64,000 nucleotides of DNA from Amphiscolops sp. MND2022 (GCA_964187785.1 OZ076420.1:38502001-38566000), one strand, 5' to 3'. Counted from the stretch's first letter, positions 1-14,240 are shown. Program-made: numbers and translations. The notes: generated from the letters alone by a model not told the origin.

Positions 1-1161
1 CAGGGATTGCAGGGACCCTGTTAAGTTTAGCTGGTTGTTAAACATCTATGGAAGTTGTAAAATCAGTCAGCAAGTTACGAAATTTTTGCTGATTTCTTCA
101 AATATGTACTTCTAAATAATGAAATTAGTAGTGAGGTACTCAAAGATTTCAAGTGGTTATTATAAATTATCCTAGTTAATCGCAACGATTATCTATATTT
201 GAATTTGACCAATTTCGAGCTGCCAGAAAAAGGGAAGATGCGCAATGAAAAGGATTGCCCAATCAGAACGCAGTATGAATTTATAGCTCTTCTATTGGCT
301 CAGTCCTGTTTCCCTTAGTCCATTGAAACTACATTGAAAATGTATCTCATTGTTTAGACCTAATTGAAGAGAACATCCCTAACTTGCAATCACAACTGGG
401 TTCTAATTAATAAACCAATTATTACAAGTGTGGCTCGCTCCCCTAAGGGAGTTTAATTGAAATTAATCAATTTACTCACTATTTGAAGCGCTTGAAGAGC
501 CATTATGTAATCACCGACAGTGAAATTGCGTAATCAAGCAGGTCTGGCCTCAAGTCGGCATCAAGTTATGTAACAAATTAACTCCGAGGTTTGTGGTTTT
601 CGGAGGATTGTTTTGACGAGATCCATCACTGGATTTATGCCATGGTAAACAAAAGCTCAACGCTCACACCACACTTGAAAGTCCGGTGATTCCAAATTTG
701 AAAGGAATTTGTGTCAACTTCATCAAATCTTCATTTATGGAATTAAATATCAAAGCAGTTTTAAGCGAAGTTAGTTCTCTAGGAAAACAAGATTTTCCGA
801 AATGAAAACATTCCATAATTATATTTGAAGAGTCATTACGTTTCAAGTTCAGAATCGCTTATACCTTCCTAAAGTTTCCCAGCATAGTCCATTCGCTCGA
901 AATCCTTACTTTTGATAATAAATTAGGAATAAATCGTTGAAAAATAAATTTAGTTTAAATAAATGAGTAATTATGTTTAAAAAAATAGTTTCAAAACGTG
1001 TTGAGGAGAAAGTCGTTTTGATGGAATTCCTTTTAATAGCAGAAGCCCCAAAATTCGAACTTATTTTTTGATAGACATTCCTTGATAGAAGTGCAATGAT
1101 GTTTGAAAATATGTGCGTATTTTCAGACTTGTTGATGCATTGAACCACAAAAGAAAAACGG

Positions 1162-1703
1162 AACAAGACGGGATCGTCTCAAGTCGGCGCCATATCTAAG
1201 GCTCAAAAATATTCAAAGAACAACTATTGGAAACATGTGGAAAAATTATTTTTTTCAAAAAATTTTTTTTGAAAATTTTTCTTTTTCGAAAAAAGTATTT
1301 TTTTAGAAAGTCGCACAATGCCGAAAAACTCAAAAAGAGGCCATTCAGGCTCATTAAACGTTTTTACAAACCGAAAACTCCAAAAAAATGCAAGGTGTTA
1401 CCGTTTGATAGAATCCGAAAATTTTCGAAAAAAAAGTCGCATAGTGCCGGAAAAAAACGAAAAAAATCAAACGAAAGAAAACCTTTGGTCTCGCATCTAC
1501 TTTTGGAAGCATAAAAAATTTGTGGCTTAGTGCGAGAATCGAACCCACGATCTCCGGCTTCTCAGAAAAATAGTTGAACAAATGAACAAAGATTGTAAGA
1601 AAAGTGGACCATTCAGAGTGAGATTGTAGGCTGAAAAAGAAAAAAAACTACCCACTGTAATAGTCGGGCTTTTTTCCTTAAGGGAAAAGGCGCCGACTAA
1701 AAA
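1162..1703 (-). mobile_element. HINE family A (Helentron/DINE-like non-autonomous element), copy 1
   Basis: On the minus strand it starts TTTTTAGTCGGCG with a nearby inverted CGACTA and ends CGCCGACTTG + AGACG/CGTCT hairpin + TGTT. It carries a tRNA-like B-box (GTGGGTTCGATTCTC, 1534-1548). The same termini recur in about 9 copies in the window. Confidence 0.75.
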
Positions 1704-2357
1704 CACACTTTTAGTCAAATTGTCAAATCAACACTCTTGGGTGATACTGAAGTTTTTTTTACAGCAGTAAGCATTTCAAAAAACCAACAAAACTTCCAAC
1801 AAAGCTACCGGAATGAAGTTTATTGACTTCCCTCTTTGAAGAACCAAATAGTTTGCTCGAAAATGGCTCAAAAACAGCATATTCAAGTTACTTCATCTGA
1901 AGCCAATTCATTACTGAGCCAAAGTAATTATTCATTTCGAAAAGGAAATAAATGTATCTCTAAAGTCAAGAAACTCAAGGGCTTTTCTTTTCCGAATATG
2001 ACTGTTTACTCTGCAACAAGGACAGAAATTGCACGCAATTGTTGTCGTTGTTGCCAATTTTCGACATCGCTGAATCTCTTAACTGTAATTGTTGGGCTCA
2101 ACTCAAAATTGTTGGGCCTTAAGCAAGTCCTTCATCTCTAGCTTAGTGGTATGGTCAGTGACAAAAAATACCGCATTTGGCGGCGAAAAGCAAAATAAAA
2201 AGAGAGCAACGGTGAGCAGTCAGACCTTTGTGACCTTGAGCAAGTCACGTTGAAACCACAGCTTCAAGTCCACTATTGCTTGACCATTTGGCTGCAAATA
2301 TGGTACCATAGCTTGCTATGGGGAGATAGTATCCGAAAGGGCGCCGACTTAGAAAAG

Positions 2358-2413
2358 CAGAACTGCTTATTCGGCGTCCACTCCGCGGAATTGGGGAAAT
2401 CAACTTTCTTCTT
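2358..2413. repeat. Short dispersed repeat, second copy at 52631-52687
   Basis: CAGAACTGCTTATTCGGCGTCCAC is identical in both copies, followed by a similar ccg(c/a)ggaa-ttggg-aaat-aactttcttcttc tract. Confidence 0.6.
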
Positions 2414-3245
2414 CTTCATAAACATCTTCTTCGACTATTTTTCGAGACCCGTAGTCAGGGCAAATTCATGAAGTTTGTGGGTTTACTGACAGGATCTCGA
2501 ATAGAAAAATAGAATTCACGTCTTACTGTTTCGTTTCTAGTAGTAGTAATCTTGATTGAAAATTTCAGTACTTCAATCAGTTTTTTTCTTCTGATGTTTG
2601 AGTTATTGTGATTCATATGACATAATGTTAGGTAACAAAATACATTCAATTACAGGAGATTAGAGGAAGAAACAGATTGGGCAACTGAAGTTGACGTTCA
2701 AAACAAGAGACGACGTCAGATTCTTCATATAACTGCACTGTTGTATCAGCTCAAGATAGTGAAGAACAAGATGTTATGGTGTTCACCGGATTCCGGAATT
2801 TTTTCGGTTGAAATGAGCCTTTTTAAATAGACTACCGTTAGACTACTGTTTGCTTCTGTTGATAAACATTGTTAACCCACTAAGATACTTTGTTCGCACG
2901 TGAGATCCATAAGTATGTTGTATAGATCGTTAGAGTTTAACAATACTACTAATGCCTCATTCCTTAGATTGCTCTAGCTTAGCAATTCTTAATACAAGAA
3001 ACTTCTTAGGTCAGAGCAAAAAGGCAACAGTGATATTTTGTAACCTTCACTTTGCAGAAAGCTTTCAGTGTCAGCAAATACTAGTCACTGTTCCAGATTG
3101 ATTTGAGCAGGGTTAATTTTTTGGGATTTTTTTTTCAATTTAAAAATTCTGTTCTAAAATTCCTTGAAACTCCGGTTTGTGGCGTAAGTCAAAATACTGA
3201 TATCTAGTTTGCTTTCTTGAAGGCGCCGTCCAGTCATTTCTTTTG

Positions 3246-3908
3246 TTTTACTCCGTCCTTTTCTTTAGAAAAAAACGACTATAGCCACGGCGTTTCGTCA
3301 ACTTTTTTTTCGATACACTTGCGGTCTAAGGAGCAGGCGTACGTTGGTTCGAGTCTCGCACTGAACGAAAAAAAATATGTTTCCAAAAATAAGGGAGGAG
3401 AACAAAGGGTCCCTCCTTTAGAATGTTTTCGCAACTACGCGACTTTTTTCAATTTTTCAACTCTCGACAATTTTTCTTGGTCCACAATTTTTTGAGGTTT
3501 TCTGTAGAAGAAACATGTTTCCCGAGCATTGAGAGTGACCTTCCTGTTGTTTTTCGATCCTGTGGAACTGATGAATTTTTTAATGATTGTGAAATTACCT
3601 TTTCAGCTTTTTTTGGCTTTGTTTGTCATTCCGAAACTTTCAAAGTCGAAGGGTACCCCCTCGCTTTCATAGCTGATTTCCGCTTGAGAAAAAGTAGTTT
3701 CACAAACTGTGAAAGCTCCTTTTTTGGAACTATCAAAATTTTCGAAAAAAAATTTTCAAAAAATGGATTTTTCGTGCTTCCAGTGTGGTTTCCGGGTCTC
3801 AAGCGTATTTCTTGGGCTATTTTTTGGCACTGAAAAATTGGTAAAAGTTTGAAAATAGTGTCCTTTTCATTTTAAAGAGGTGCCGAGTTGCGCCGGTCCC
3901 GGCTTGTT
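3246..3908 (+). mobile_element. HINE family A, longer/degenerate copy
   Basis: 3' end TGCCGAGTTG-CGCCGGTCCCGGC-TTGTT. tRNA-Leu-like GCGGTCTAAGG (3321-3331) and GGTTCGAGTCTC (3346-3357). The internal segment is shared with 14700-14900 and 16570-17100. Confidence 0.6.
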
Positions 3909-4630
3909 TAATTTTGACTAGACCCGTTGCTTTCAGTCAGCCATTTTTGGCTGCTTTTTTGCGTAGTGCATAGTCAAGTATAAAACTTACAATGGAATAA
4001 ATAGAAACCACTGATCATGTAATTGTGGAATCGAAAGCTCTGGCTTTAAATTGGTTCCAAAAACTACTATTTGTTGATTTTTTTCTTTTTCTACGCCATT
4101 GCTCTTTAGCTAGCAATAAATTTGCCGGAAAGCTTAAGATGAAAGAAACAAGCCGTGAAGGGCGCAAGACTGCTTAAGTCTCAGAAAGAGCAGAACAACT
4201 TCAAAGCACATTCACTAGATTGAAAAAAAATTAGAAAGAGAAAAAAAAACAAATAGTCGACTATAATAATCACGTGATCACTATAATAATCGCGTTTCAT
4301 TCCATAAACCACCGATTAAAACACAAGGCGCAATAAGAATGATTCAAACACAGTATTCGCCGATGGAAGTCGAGTGCTCCAGTCATTAAACGATGTAACG
4401 TCTGGAGATCTGATGTGCTCAGATCGAGGCGACAACGAATAAGCTCAGTTTGATTACCAGAAAATTTAATGGAAACACTAGCTAGCAACTATAGTTTAGT
4501 TTTCGCTTTTCGGAAAATACGCGACTATTACTGTGACTATTTTTCCCCAGCCTCACACTTATCTGTTCCTTTTTGCTCAATTTCACGTTCTTCACACCCT
4601 TTACGAGACTACACGCTATGGCAATTTAAG

Positions 4631-5137
4631 AACAAGCCGGGAACGGCCCAAGTCGGCGCCAAATCTAAGGTTCAAAAATAGCCAAAGGACTCCAAAGTGT
4701 CAAGTAATCTCTTCTCAGTAACCGCATGTGAAAAAAAATTGAAAAAAAATCCAATTTTTTCGAAATTTTTATGAAATCTCCGGTAAGTCGCATAGTGCCG
4801 AAAAATTTAAAAGGGGGCCCTTTGGGAGTTTTTGAACATCCATTCTTTTGCAAAATAGAAAAAAAATGAAGGGGGGACCCTTTGGAGACATTTTTAAAAA
4901 TTGTGACAAAAAGTCTCACAAAGCCGAAATAACATGCACAAAAAATTTTTGGTCAAGGGCGAGACTCGAACCCACGTCTTCTGTTTGGCAGACCTCAAAA
5001 AATCAAAAGCAGAAAAAGTTACATTAGTGTGGTAGTTAGTGGAAGGCAGCTTATAAAATCTGTCACTTCGTTGGTCTTAAAAAAAGAAAGGTCACTACTA
5101 TAGTCTGCGTTTTTCTACGAAAAACGCCGACTAAAAA
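4631..5137 (-). mobile_element. HINE family A copy
   Basis: Plus strand reads AACAAGCCGGGAACGGCCCAAGTCGGCGCC at the left and CGCCGACTAAAAA at the right. Internal AAGGGG(A)CCCTTT repeats; B-box at 4961-4975. Confidence 0.8.
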
Positions 5138-6661
5138 AAGCAGCTGTTCAATGGTTTTGAATATAAACCTGCACTTTTAGTTTTAAGCGGTCCGTCGATT
5201 TGGACTAATCTTGTTTTGAAATTGTATCTTGTGCATTGGAGTTTAAAGGTAATTTAGTTTAATAGTAACTCAATTATCGGAATTGTGCATTAATTATGTC
5301 GGGACTTTATCTGAAGAGACAAATCATTTTATTTTAGTTTAATCGAACTAAACAAGTTTCATTTTTAGAATTTTTGATTTTACTACATAACTTACTAAAT
5401 ATTATACCTGTCAAAACCTCCGGATTTATTTTGAAAAATTATCTTTCCTTTATTTTTCTCCGGGCAATGGTTACACTTCACAGTTCCAATTGAGCCCGAG
5501 AAAAAAGCCGTGCACGATAATTTCAATCAAGATATCGTCCCATCGTCGACAGACTTCGCCTGTAGCAATTATTTTGAAGGGAGAACTTATTCCATTGTAG
5601 AGGGAATCACTAATTTATCGAAAATGACACCCAAATTTTTCATGCAACAGTAAGTCCCAAAGTTCCCAAAATCTCACCAAAATTATTCCACCGTTTTTTC
5701 TCATTGACTGTCAAGGCGAAATATTTTTATGGCTTTGCAAGTTCATGGCTGAAAATAGAGGAATTTTTGGATATTTGTGATAGAACTCTGACAGAAAATG
5801 TAAATGGTCACGTGACTCAGTCAAATGCCTACTTCTAAGTACTTGACATTTTCAACCTGATTTTTTCCTGAATATTTTTCCATATTCAAGCTATTGCCGC
5901 AAAATTTGTTTCGTTCAAAAACATTAAAAACTTTGCCAATAATTAACTCTTCGTTGAACAAAAATAGACAGGAAAAAAACTTAGGTATCATTGTAAAAAA
6001 ATCAGCTCCATAATTTACCAGTAGCGTGATCACCCTTCAAAGCTTATTATGTAAGATAAATTGTATTTTATAAGTATTTATAATTTGCATTGCATTTGCA
6101 AAAGTCCAATTTTGAACAACTAAATATGTAACTTTCTGGTGGAAAAGCTTACCAAAGACGATATTGCACTTCCTTCCCTATTAAAGTGGTCTGACTTAAA
6201 GTGGTTTCCCTGAAAATTATGAAAAACTTAAGAGTTGTAAAATTTATTTACCTTAAAGAACAAACAATGAAAACCTAGAATGACATTTAAAATTTTAACT
6301 GGTGGAAGTTAGTTATATATTCTTTGACAAAGAGCCTTGAAAGGCATTGGGGGGGTGGGGTGTTTGTTTTGGTTCAAACATATATGCAACTCTGGGTTGC
6401 ACTTTCCTTTGTTTGATCCCACGTTCATAACTATCTGGGTTGCACTTTTCTTTCTTTCGTTCATAACTATGCGACACCTGGATAGGCTTAACACTTAATG
6501 GTCTTTATATTACAGTTAGTTATAACTTATAACTAGTTAATACTTGGTGTTTGGTAAATAGGCACGAGATGGAAGGCTGGCTGTAACGTGGGCTTCGGCA
6601 TGCAAAATTTGGTGCTGCCCAAATTGGGGTTCAATTGAGAAACTCAATGAAAGAATCTAAT

Positions 6662-6703
6662 TGCTAATTATCCGCCAGGGCTGCTAATTATCCGCCAGGG
6701 CTG
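6662..6703. repeat. 20-bp perfect tandem duplication
   Basis: TGCTAATTATCCGCCAGGGC occurs twice in tandem. Confidence 0.85.
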
Positions 6704-9700
6704 TTTTGGCATGAAAAGAATGAATGCTAGTTAAGAATTTTAGATGGCAAATCTCAAGGTGTAAAATTAAAAAGAGCGCCCTTAAATTCAATTTGCAACA
6801 CCGCTTCCCAAAATGATAAATCCTTAGATTTGTTAGTTATAAGCGATTCAGTTAGATGCTAATAACTTTATTTAATTACCACTTAGATCATTGAAGCCCC
6901 TCAAAAGCCTCCCTGGAGAGAAGGCAAGGAAAACACAAGTTAAAAAGCCACCCGCTGTTTCTTCCTCTCAGATTCCTGCAGACACCATAAATAGACCTCA
7001 GGCCATGACCGTGAGAAGACTCTGTCTCCAAATCAAGTTCCCGCCATTTCTTAACAAAAGTGGACCTACAAAAACTAAAAGTTACCAACATTGATTGATA
7101 CTGACTTTTCGCGGTAATTATAAATCCAAAAGTGCATTAAGCTCTAATTGGAGATTCGAGCAGTAAAGCTGTGAAGAAATTAGGTCTTTCAAGAAAATGA
7201 ATTTTTCCCATTCATTTTTAACATCAAATTTTCCCCTATTTTTCCAAAATAGTCACAAAATATCTCGTCCGATGATATTTTCAATTACCACAAGCAACTA
7301 ACGTTAAGAGTAAATTGTCTTGCGTAGCTGCCATGTTTTTTTGCGAATGTATCAAAATATTTTCAAAAACTGCAAGCGTTTTCATTACGCAGAAAGTTCA
7401 CTTGACATTTTCGAAAATGGCCTGTCAGTTTTACAGTACTCGCCGTATGTATTTCATAGAGCCGCGTTTGATCTTTCCAATACGTCAATTTGGCTTCAGT
7501 TTTAAATTATTCCAAGCCCTCGAACGTATTCGACGTTGATGAATGCGTGAAACGTGAATATATATGAAAAAGATCCCACGCCTTTCAGCGCGTAGGAGAT
7601 TAATTCAAGGTTAAGGGCAAAGATTTAGACTGTATTGTCTGAGGATTTTGCTACGAGTTTTCCCAGAATCCCGAATGTAAGAGCCCCCTCAATCGTTTTT
7701 GTTTGCTCTACTATACCCTCCCCCAATATAGGACTTTCTTTCAAAGTCGAAAAGACTGTGTGCCATGAGAAAAATGAACTACCGTAATGTACGGCGTATA
7801 AGACCCACAGTATATTTACTTACAACCACCCATATACACCCCACTCCTTATAAACAAAAACCCTCCCTCCCCCACCCAAATTGAAAAAAGTTACTAATTG
7901 TGAATTATAAGGAACAACAAAGAATCGAATCGTTCAGGGCCAAAAGTTGGAATAATCAACAGTTTCATCTTCCAAATCCTCCGCAGAAATAAAACAAAAC
8001 AGCCTCGCGCTATAGCATAGTGTGCATTTAGTGTGTAGGGAGCGTTCTAACCCTATTACCTGTAAACGGCGGCTACCACATGTAGCCAATGTTGAATAGC
8101 TGGGGCAACTCAATTAATTTCTAGTTCACTTTTTAAATAAAAAGTTTAAACCGGTCGGGCACATAAGCCACCTCCCCAATTTAGCCCTTGCTCGAACTTC
8201 TAATATACCGGACATTACGGTAATTCAACAACCGGAATCGATTAATTTTTTGATTTTCAATAAATCTTTTATACTCGTTCCAGGAGAAATGCTTGTAAAG
8301 TTAACGACTCAAGTCTAACTGGAAGCCGCTCGCTATTCGTACCTGACAGTCGCTTGTTTGATCACTGAACGAGCTCCGGAGAGCGTATCACAAAACAGTG
8401 GGACAATTTTTATCCCCTTTCGGGCCCGGCTCTTTCTCCCTCGCTCCGGTCGGAACTTAGTGGTGTTCTACTCTTAACCCACTTCTAGCTGGTTAAATTG
8501 AGGCAATTTGTAGTGACTTGGCCTCGGGAGAAATAAGCTATGAAGTTGTAGGGAATGGACTGCGAATAAAAGATTTAACAAGCACATTTACAAATTAGAA
8601 TTGTAAGTGGAATTCGATTGTTAATCAAGCAGTTACTGCTGCGACTGTTTCCCGCCAAATAAGCTCAATTTCCAGCGTCTCCGTTTTCCAAAAAGCACCC
8701 GCCGATAGCTAACCCCTCCTCATTAGTTTGATTACACTCCAATTAATTTCACCAAGCTTCGCACAATAGTTAAATCACCAATTTCTACTCTCACCTCACA
8801 AGTCACTACTCAATTTATCACTTCCCCCATTTGTGTGAACCCTCCAACCGGTTGAACCCCCCCCCCCGCCAACATCCATCATACCTTCTTGGCGACCCAA
8901 ATTACGAAACACAACCCATTTCTGACTATGAACTTTATGTAAATTTCACGGCTCATTTTTTTGCTTTATTTGCTATTGTTTTTTCAGTCTTTATAAAATC
9001 ACTTTTGGCAATTTTTAGCTATTCCCTTCATTTTGAGACAGGCTAGGGTGGGAATGTTTTTCTGCAACAATATACTCAATTTAGGTCGGGAAATATCATT
9101 TTTACAGCAAAAGGTTACACCGATTGTTTCATTTTTACACCAAATTTATACCAAATTTTTGGCATTTATGAACAAAATGTGAAATTTCGTATCAAAGAAA
9201 GTCAAGTTTTCGTTGTGCTGAAAGAACTGAACGAAATCAAACAAAAATTGGTTATTAATCGTTTTGATTGACGAACTGAAATTTAGTGGTGGAAAGGAGT
9301 CATTATACCGCCAGTCGGTTTCAAAAAAGGTACTTATAAAGGGCGCTTCTGCCTTTTGGTCTTGTAACTGAAGAAATTGACGACTCGTTGTGACGATGGT
9401 GGTAAAAGCAACACCCAGAAACACATTTGAAAAGTTCATCATTGACTAAATTTTTCTACAAATTTCCTGATACCACAAACGTTTTTGAAACTTGAATCAC
9501 GTACCAGAAACGTAGCTGAACAAATTTCACGAGAATCTCGAGTTTCTATGTGTTATTGAAGACATTAGGCTGCCAAATCATCACTACTACAACTCAATTT
9601 TCTGACATTGCTAACTATCAGTAGGTGATAGGGTCAAAATACGGCTACTTATAGCTTAACCCAAGCGTATATATTTTAAGGACAACCAATTCGATCAAAA

Positions 9701-10096
9701 CCATTTTTTGGTATGTTCAACTCGTTTAATAAAACGAATTTTGATACTCAGAACAAGGAGGCGGTGCCGACACGCCATTAAATCAACGCGCCAACAACCC
9801 GACAACAGATATAATGGCTAGTGAAAACAACTGCACAACTGATTCGAGTTTGAATTCCAAACTTGGAATGAACACTTTTGAACCAATTATATAATTCGAG
9901 TCGGCTTCTCGGCTCAATTTTCAATTGTAGATTTGATGGCGTGTCGGTTTTTTGCGCGCGTCCCTCAGAACAGAATATGGCTCAGTCTGCATCCGTTTAA
10001 AATCACAGACTAACAGTCATTCATTGCTGAAACATACCACACGTTATCAATAAGCAACAGCGCTATCCTTACATACATTCAGCAACGCAGATACAG

Positions 10097-10890
10097 CCCA
10101 TGTTGAGCTTTCCTTGAAAATCTGTACAGATCTGTGATACAATTTTCCTTGAGGATCTGTAAAAATTGTGCCACTGATACGTAAAGACAACTACAGATCT
10201 GCAAGGATCTTTACAGATTTTCAAAGATTTTTTTTACAGATTTTTCAGGAAAACTTTTTACGGGCTTTTAGTGAAACCATGTATTTCAATTTTGGGCTTC
10301 TTCAACAAGTATTCTAGCTGACCAAGACTCAGTCAGTTGAAACTCTCCATCACACAAAATTCGCTAGCGGAAAGCTTGTCCCCAGCACGGTAATTTTGGT
10401 CTCTGGGGAATGTTCTGTATTGGTACACGGTAATTTTATCGATTTGACTAGAACTTTCCAGAAGTGGTTTTTCAACTTTGAGAGGCTGTTTTGCCACGTT
10501 GCCTTCGTTTTGGCGGATGTAATTAGACATATGGCTACCGTCTGGGCTGGCAGATGTATTGATGAAGTGATGTGGTTGTAAAATTTTGGGAACATGGTTT
10601 GTTAGAGTAATTTTAGGTATTGCTGGAAACTTGGAATATGTTATAGTAATTTAATGGTCGTTTTCGTATGGTCAAGTCCTGAAATATTTTTGACACGTCC
10701 TGAAATATCTGTCAGGATCTGTACAGATCTGTACAGATTCGCACAGAAACTTTTTCAAAACTTCAATTAGGGGGCGTGTTTCTCTTGTTTAAAAACTGTA
10801 TTTATGACAAGGTATTTTTCGACGAATCCTGGAATATTCATCAGGATCTGTACAGATCTGTACAGATTCGCAGGTAGTGCTCAACATGGG
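10097..10890. mobile_element. Non-autonomous TIR element, CMC/EnSpm-like
   Basis: 12-bp perfect TIR CCCATGTTGAGC (10097-10108) / GCTCAACATGGG (10879-10890), flanked by AG on both sides (2-bp TSD). Multiple palindromic ATCTGTACAGAT subterminal repeats at both ends. CCC termini with 2-bp TSDs are typical of animal EnSpm-type elements. Confidence 0.7.
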
Positions 10891-12747
10891 AGATCTTTCA
10901 TCAGCAGATGACAAGGTATGTTGGCCAGGATTTAGAATATATATTGATTATCTCATCGCCCGCACATTCTCAAACACAACATCAAATCAAGATGCCACTA
11001 AGTAGCAACAATGGCAAAAAAATTTTTTTTAAATAGTGAAATAGGCAGAACAAAGCCAACAAATGAACGAGACATAGAGATTCCAAAACAAAAAAACTGC
11101 TGATTAACACATTCAAGCGAACAGAAACAAAACCCGACGTACACGACGAAAGACATTCTCACCAGCGAACAGTTCAGCGCAAATTAAATGAACTCGAACA
11201 CATTTTTCAAACCCCAGAAGAATGAGCACAAATAGGATGTAATACAAAACTGTGATTCCGCTACGACTACGAACGAGGCAGACAAAAAGCAGACTCCCGG
11301 GATGACATCAATTGTTTGATGAGAGAAGCTTTGCAAACCACAGGAAGAAAGTTATTACCAAAAACTTTGATCCGAGGCGTTTAGCAGGAAGAAACTATTT
11401 GGAAAGACGAGAAAACTCTAGTATCGGCGTATCGACTGATAGGGACACACTGAAAAGCCGCAAAAAAGATCGACAGGCAGCCATTAGAGAGCTACAACTC
11501 TTGAAAATATTACAAGAGCTGAAAACTGCCAATAGCTGAAATTGGTCGAAACCAAACTGAAGGAAGGGTGAAACAAGTTTTAGAACTAAACTTTAAAGTG
11601 AAAGAAGTACCAAAAACGTTTTGATTCAATAACCCGAAAGAGGGTACTGGTTGGCTTCAAAAATCTGCTTCGCTGTTTTCAAATCTTGATCAAACGCGTT
11701 CCAGTTGGAATTTAAGTGGAAGTGATGTGGAGAAGTTTGTGCACAGTTTCCCCAAAAAATTAATTATTTTCTGTATTGCATTAACCATAAAGAGTAAAAG
11801 TTCAGAATGAGGTTAGTATCTGTTTTTTCTCGAAACTATCAGACTTTCAGGGAGGGACATTCTTTGAAATTTAAAAATTTCTGAAAAAGTGTCAGAGTAC
11901 TAAAAAAATAACCCTCAAACCTCTTTATTCAAACAATTTTGTCAAAAGTTGAAAGGAGCAGCTCTACAAACAACTTGCAATTTTGTGGGAATTTCGTATT
12001 CATTTGGCATTCGGCGTGAAAATTGCCATTTCGACCGGAAAAAGAACTTGACGAGCAGTCACTTCAATAGTCGCGCTTTATTTCATGGAGCGCTGACTAA
12101 AAGCGAAATGCAACCATTGTTTTCGATTTGAGTTGTGAATTTCAAATTTCGATGAAAATCGATTCAAGCTTCAACGACAAAAGAATGTCATAACGATTGT
12201 GAAACGTGTCACCTGATTTTTTTCAAACTCAACACTGACACATAAAAATGTTCGCTAAGAAAGGACCACCAATGACTCTATGGCTACCCCATCTTTTTGG
12301 CGGGCGATACTAGCCTCTGGTGATAAACTGTGCACACTTTGACAACCAAACAGCAACAGGTTTCGGCAGTTTCTTTACTGAATGAGTGTACCATCAAGAG
12401 CGCCATATTAATTTAGTAGTTCAACAGTCAATCTAACCGTCACACGCAGGTGAACATTCGTGAGAGGTCCACAGACACCAATTGGTCGTTCTCGCCTTTT
12501 TTCAGTTTTTTCATCCAAATTTTCCGTTTACATGCGAACTATTGATATAGTTTTCCGGTGGTTCTTAGGTTTTCTTTAGAATGAAAAGCTTTTGTTCGTC
12601 TCCAAATTGGTATCGGTTTCTGACACAACGATGAAAGTGTGGTTTTAAATGTCTTTGGACGATGTTCCTTCTCTTGGTATGAACAGCATAAGAAAGCCAG
12701 AAAAAGAATAAAAGCCTATCAAAAGTATTTCAAAGCGTCAAGTATTC

Positions 12748-13313
12748 TTTTTAGTCGGCGCTTCATGAATTAAAACGCGACTATTATAGTGACTCTTTTT
12801 TTCAATCCTCACGAACTGACCGAAATAGTTCTTAAAAGTTCTACGAAATTTTATGGTCCCAAATGGAATCATTTGACCTAGCGAACTGAACCAAAAAAGC
12901 TTTTCCTCTTCTTCCGCTTAACATACAATACCGGGAGAGACTAAAGGGTCCCCTTTCAGTTTTTTTCGGCAATGTGACATTTTTTTTTTCAAAAAAATCC
13001 TCAAAGGGTCCTTATTTCAATTTTTGATGTTTTGCGACAGAATGGATGTTGAAAAACCCCAAAGGGCACACCCTTTCAGTTTTTTCGGCATTGTGAGACT
13101 TTTTTGAATTTTTCCAGCAAAAATATGTTTTGCAACAATAGATGTTAAAAAATGCGAGAGAGTCCCCCTGCACGCCCCCCAGCGCACCGATTCCGTCCAA
13201 TTTTTTGGGTTTTTCAGGAGGAACTGTAGAAGAGAATACCTTGACACTTAGAGGAACTTTTGCTACTTTTGAGCCTTAGATATGGCGCCGACTTGGGCCG
13301 GTCCCGGCTTGTT
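12748..13313 (+). mobile_element. HINE family A copy
   Basis: TTTTTAGTCGGCG...CGCGACTA at the 5' end; CGCCGACTTGGGCCGGTCCCGGCTTGTT at the 3' end; internal AAAGGGTCC/CCC repeats. Confidence 0.8.
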
Positions 13314-13884
13314 TGAAAAAATTTTCTCTTTAGAAATAAATTTATTTCGGATATGAGGACCAAAATTCAAATGCAGTGTGTTTTTTCTCAATTTTGGAAG
13401 GAAATGATCAATTGAAACTATTAAGATTCGAAAATCCGCCTCCCCCCAGTAGAACGCAAATTACTTCGGATATAACATTAACTTTCCGGAAATAGCGAGT
13501 TAGAAATGGTATGGGAGGGAATATACATCAGCTTTGCTCACTACAAGGACCAAAATTAAAGATAGTTTAGCAAAAAATTTCGTGCGGGCTGCTATGAAAC
13601 TACACTTTCTTTCAATAATTTTTTTAAATAAGCTAATTAATAATAATAATTGCGACAGACGGTACTGATCAGCTTATTCATACTGGCTCTTGACTGGGGC
13701 CAAAAATAACCTTAACTCGAAGACAGATCAATCAATTGTGGTATTTTTACTAATTAGTAGCTACAATGGATATTATTTGCACGTATAATGCATGGATAAA
13801 ATACACGTGTACACGTGGGCAATGCAATTCATACGTACTATATGCTACTGCTTAGTAACGATAAATAGGTTTTTATTGAACCTG

Positions 13885-14240
13885 TTTTTAACTTGACTGT
13901 TTTGTTTTACGATGTGTTGGTATGAAATGGGATTCAAATGAACACTGAATATTGAATTCATACAAACGTGGTGTAAGTTAGTCAAACTTTGACCACATTC
14001 CACTAATTGCAAATTGCGGATCGCAATACTCGTAATATGTGGATGTTAGACAAAGTTTTTTCTGAATTACGGAAAAGTTCTTTTTTTGACCAACTTCCAC
14101 TTTTCACTACCTACGCGCCTTGAATAGTTGACAGGAGTAGACCGTCTTGACTAACTTACGCTGAGTGACCATTTTACTGATTTCACCGATTACGCTGCGT
14201 GACTGAAATCCATTTCACCGGGATGTGTCTCGTAATGTAG
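13885..14240. repeat. Dispersed repeat, inverted homolog of 45435-46110 (uninterrupted 'empty-site' copy)
   Basis: The reverse complement aligns by eye with 45435-45712 plus 46004-46110, e.g. CAGTCACGCAGCGTAATC, CAAGGCGCGTAG and AGTGGAATGTGGTCAAAGTTTGACTAACTTACACC. Confidence 0.75.

Noticed and set aside
1227-1718. K/F-rich short ORFs in HINE copies (also 3423-3833, 13012-13247, 38530-38918, 62292-63448)
   Set aside because: They fall within non-coding repeats; composition reflects A/T runs and frames are not conserved between copies.
6696-6720. CAGGGCTG as a hAT terminus
   Set aside because: No matching inverted end with a TSD was found.
11312-11539. 75-aa ORF
   Set aside because: No recognisable domain, no splice context and no ATG start.
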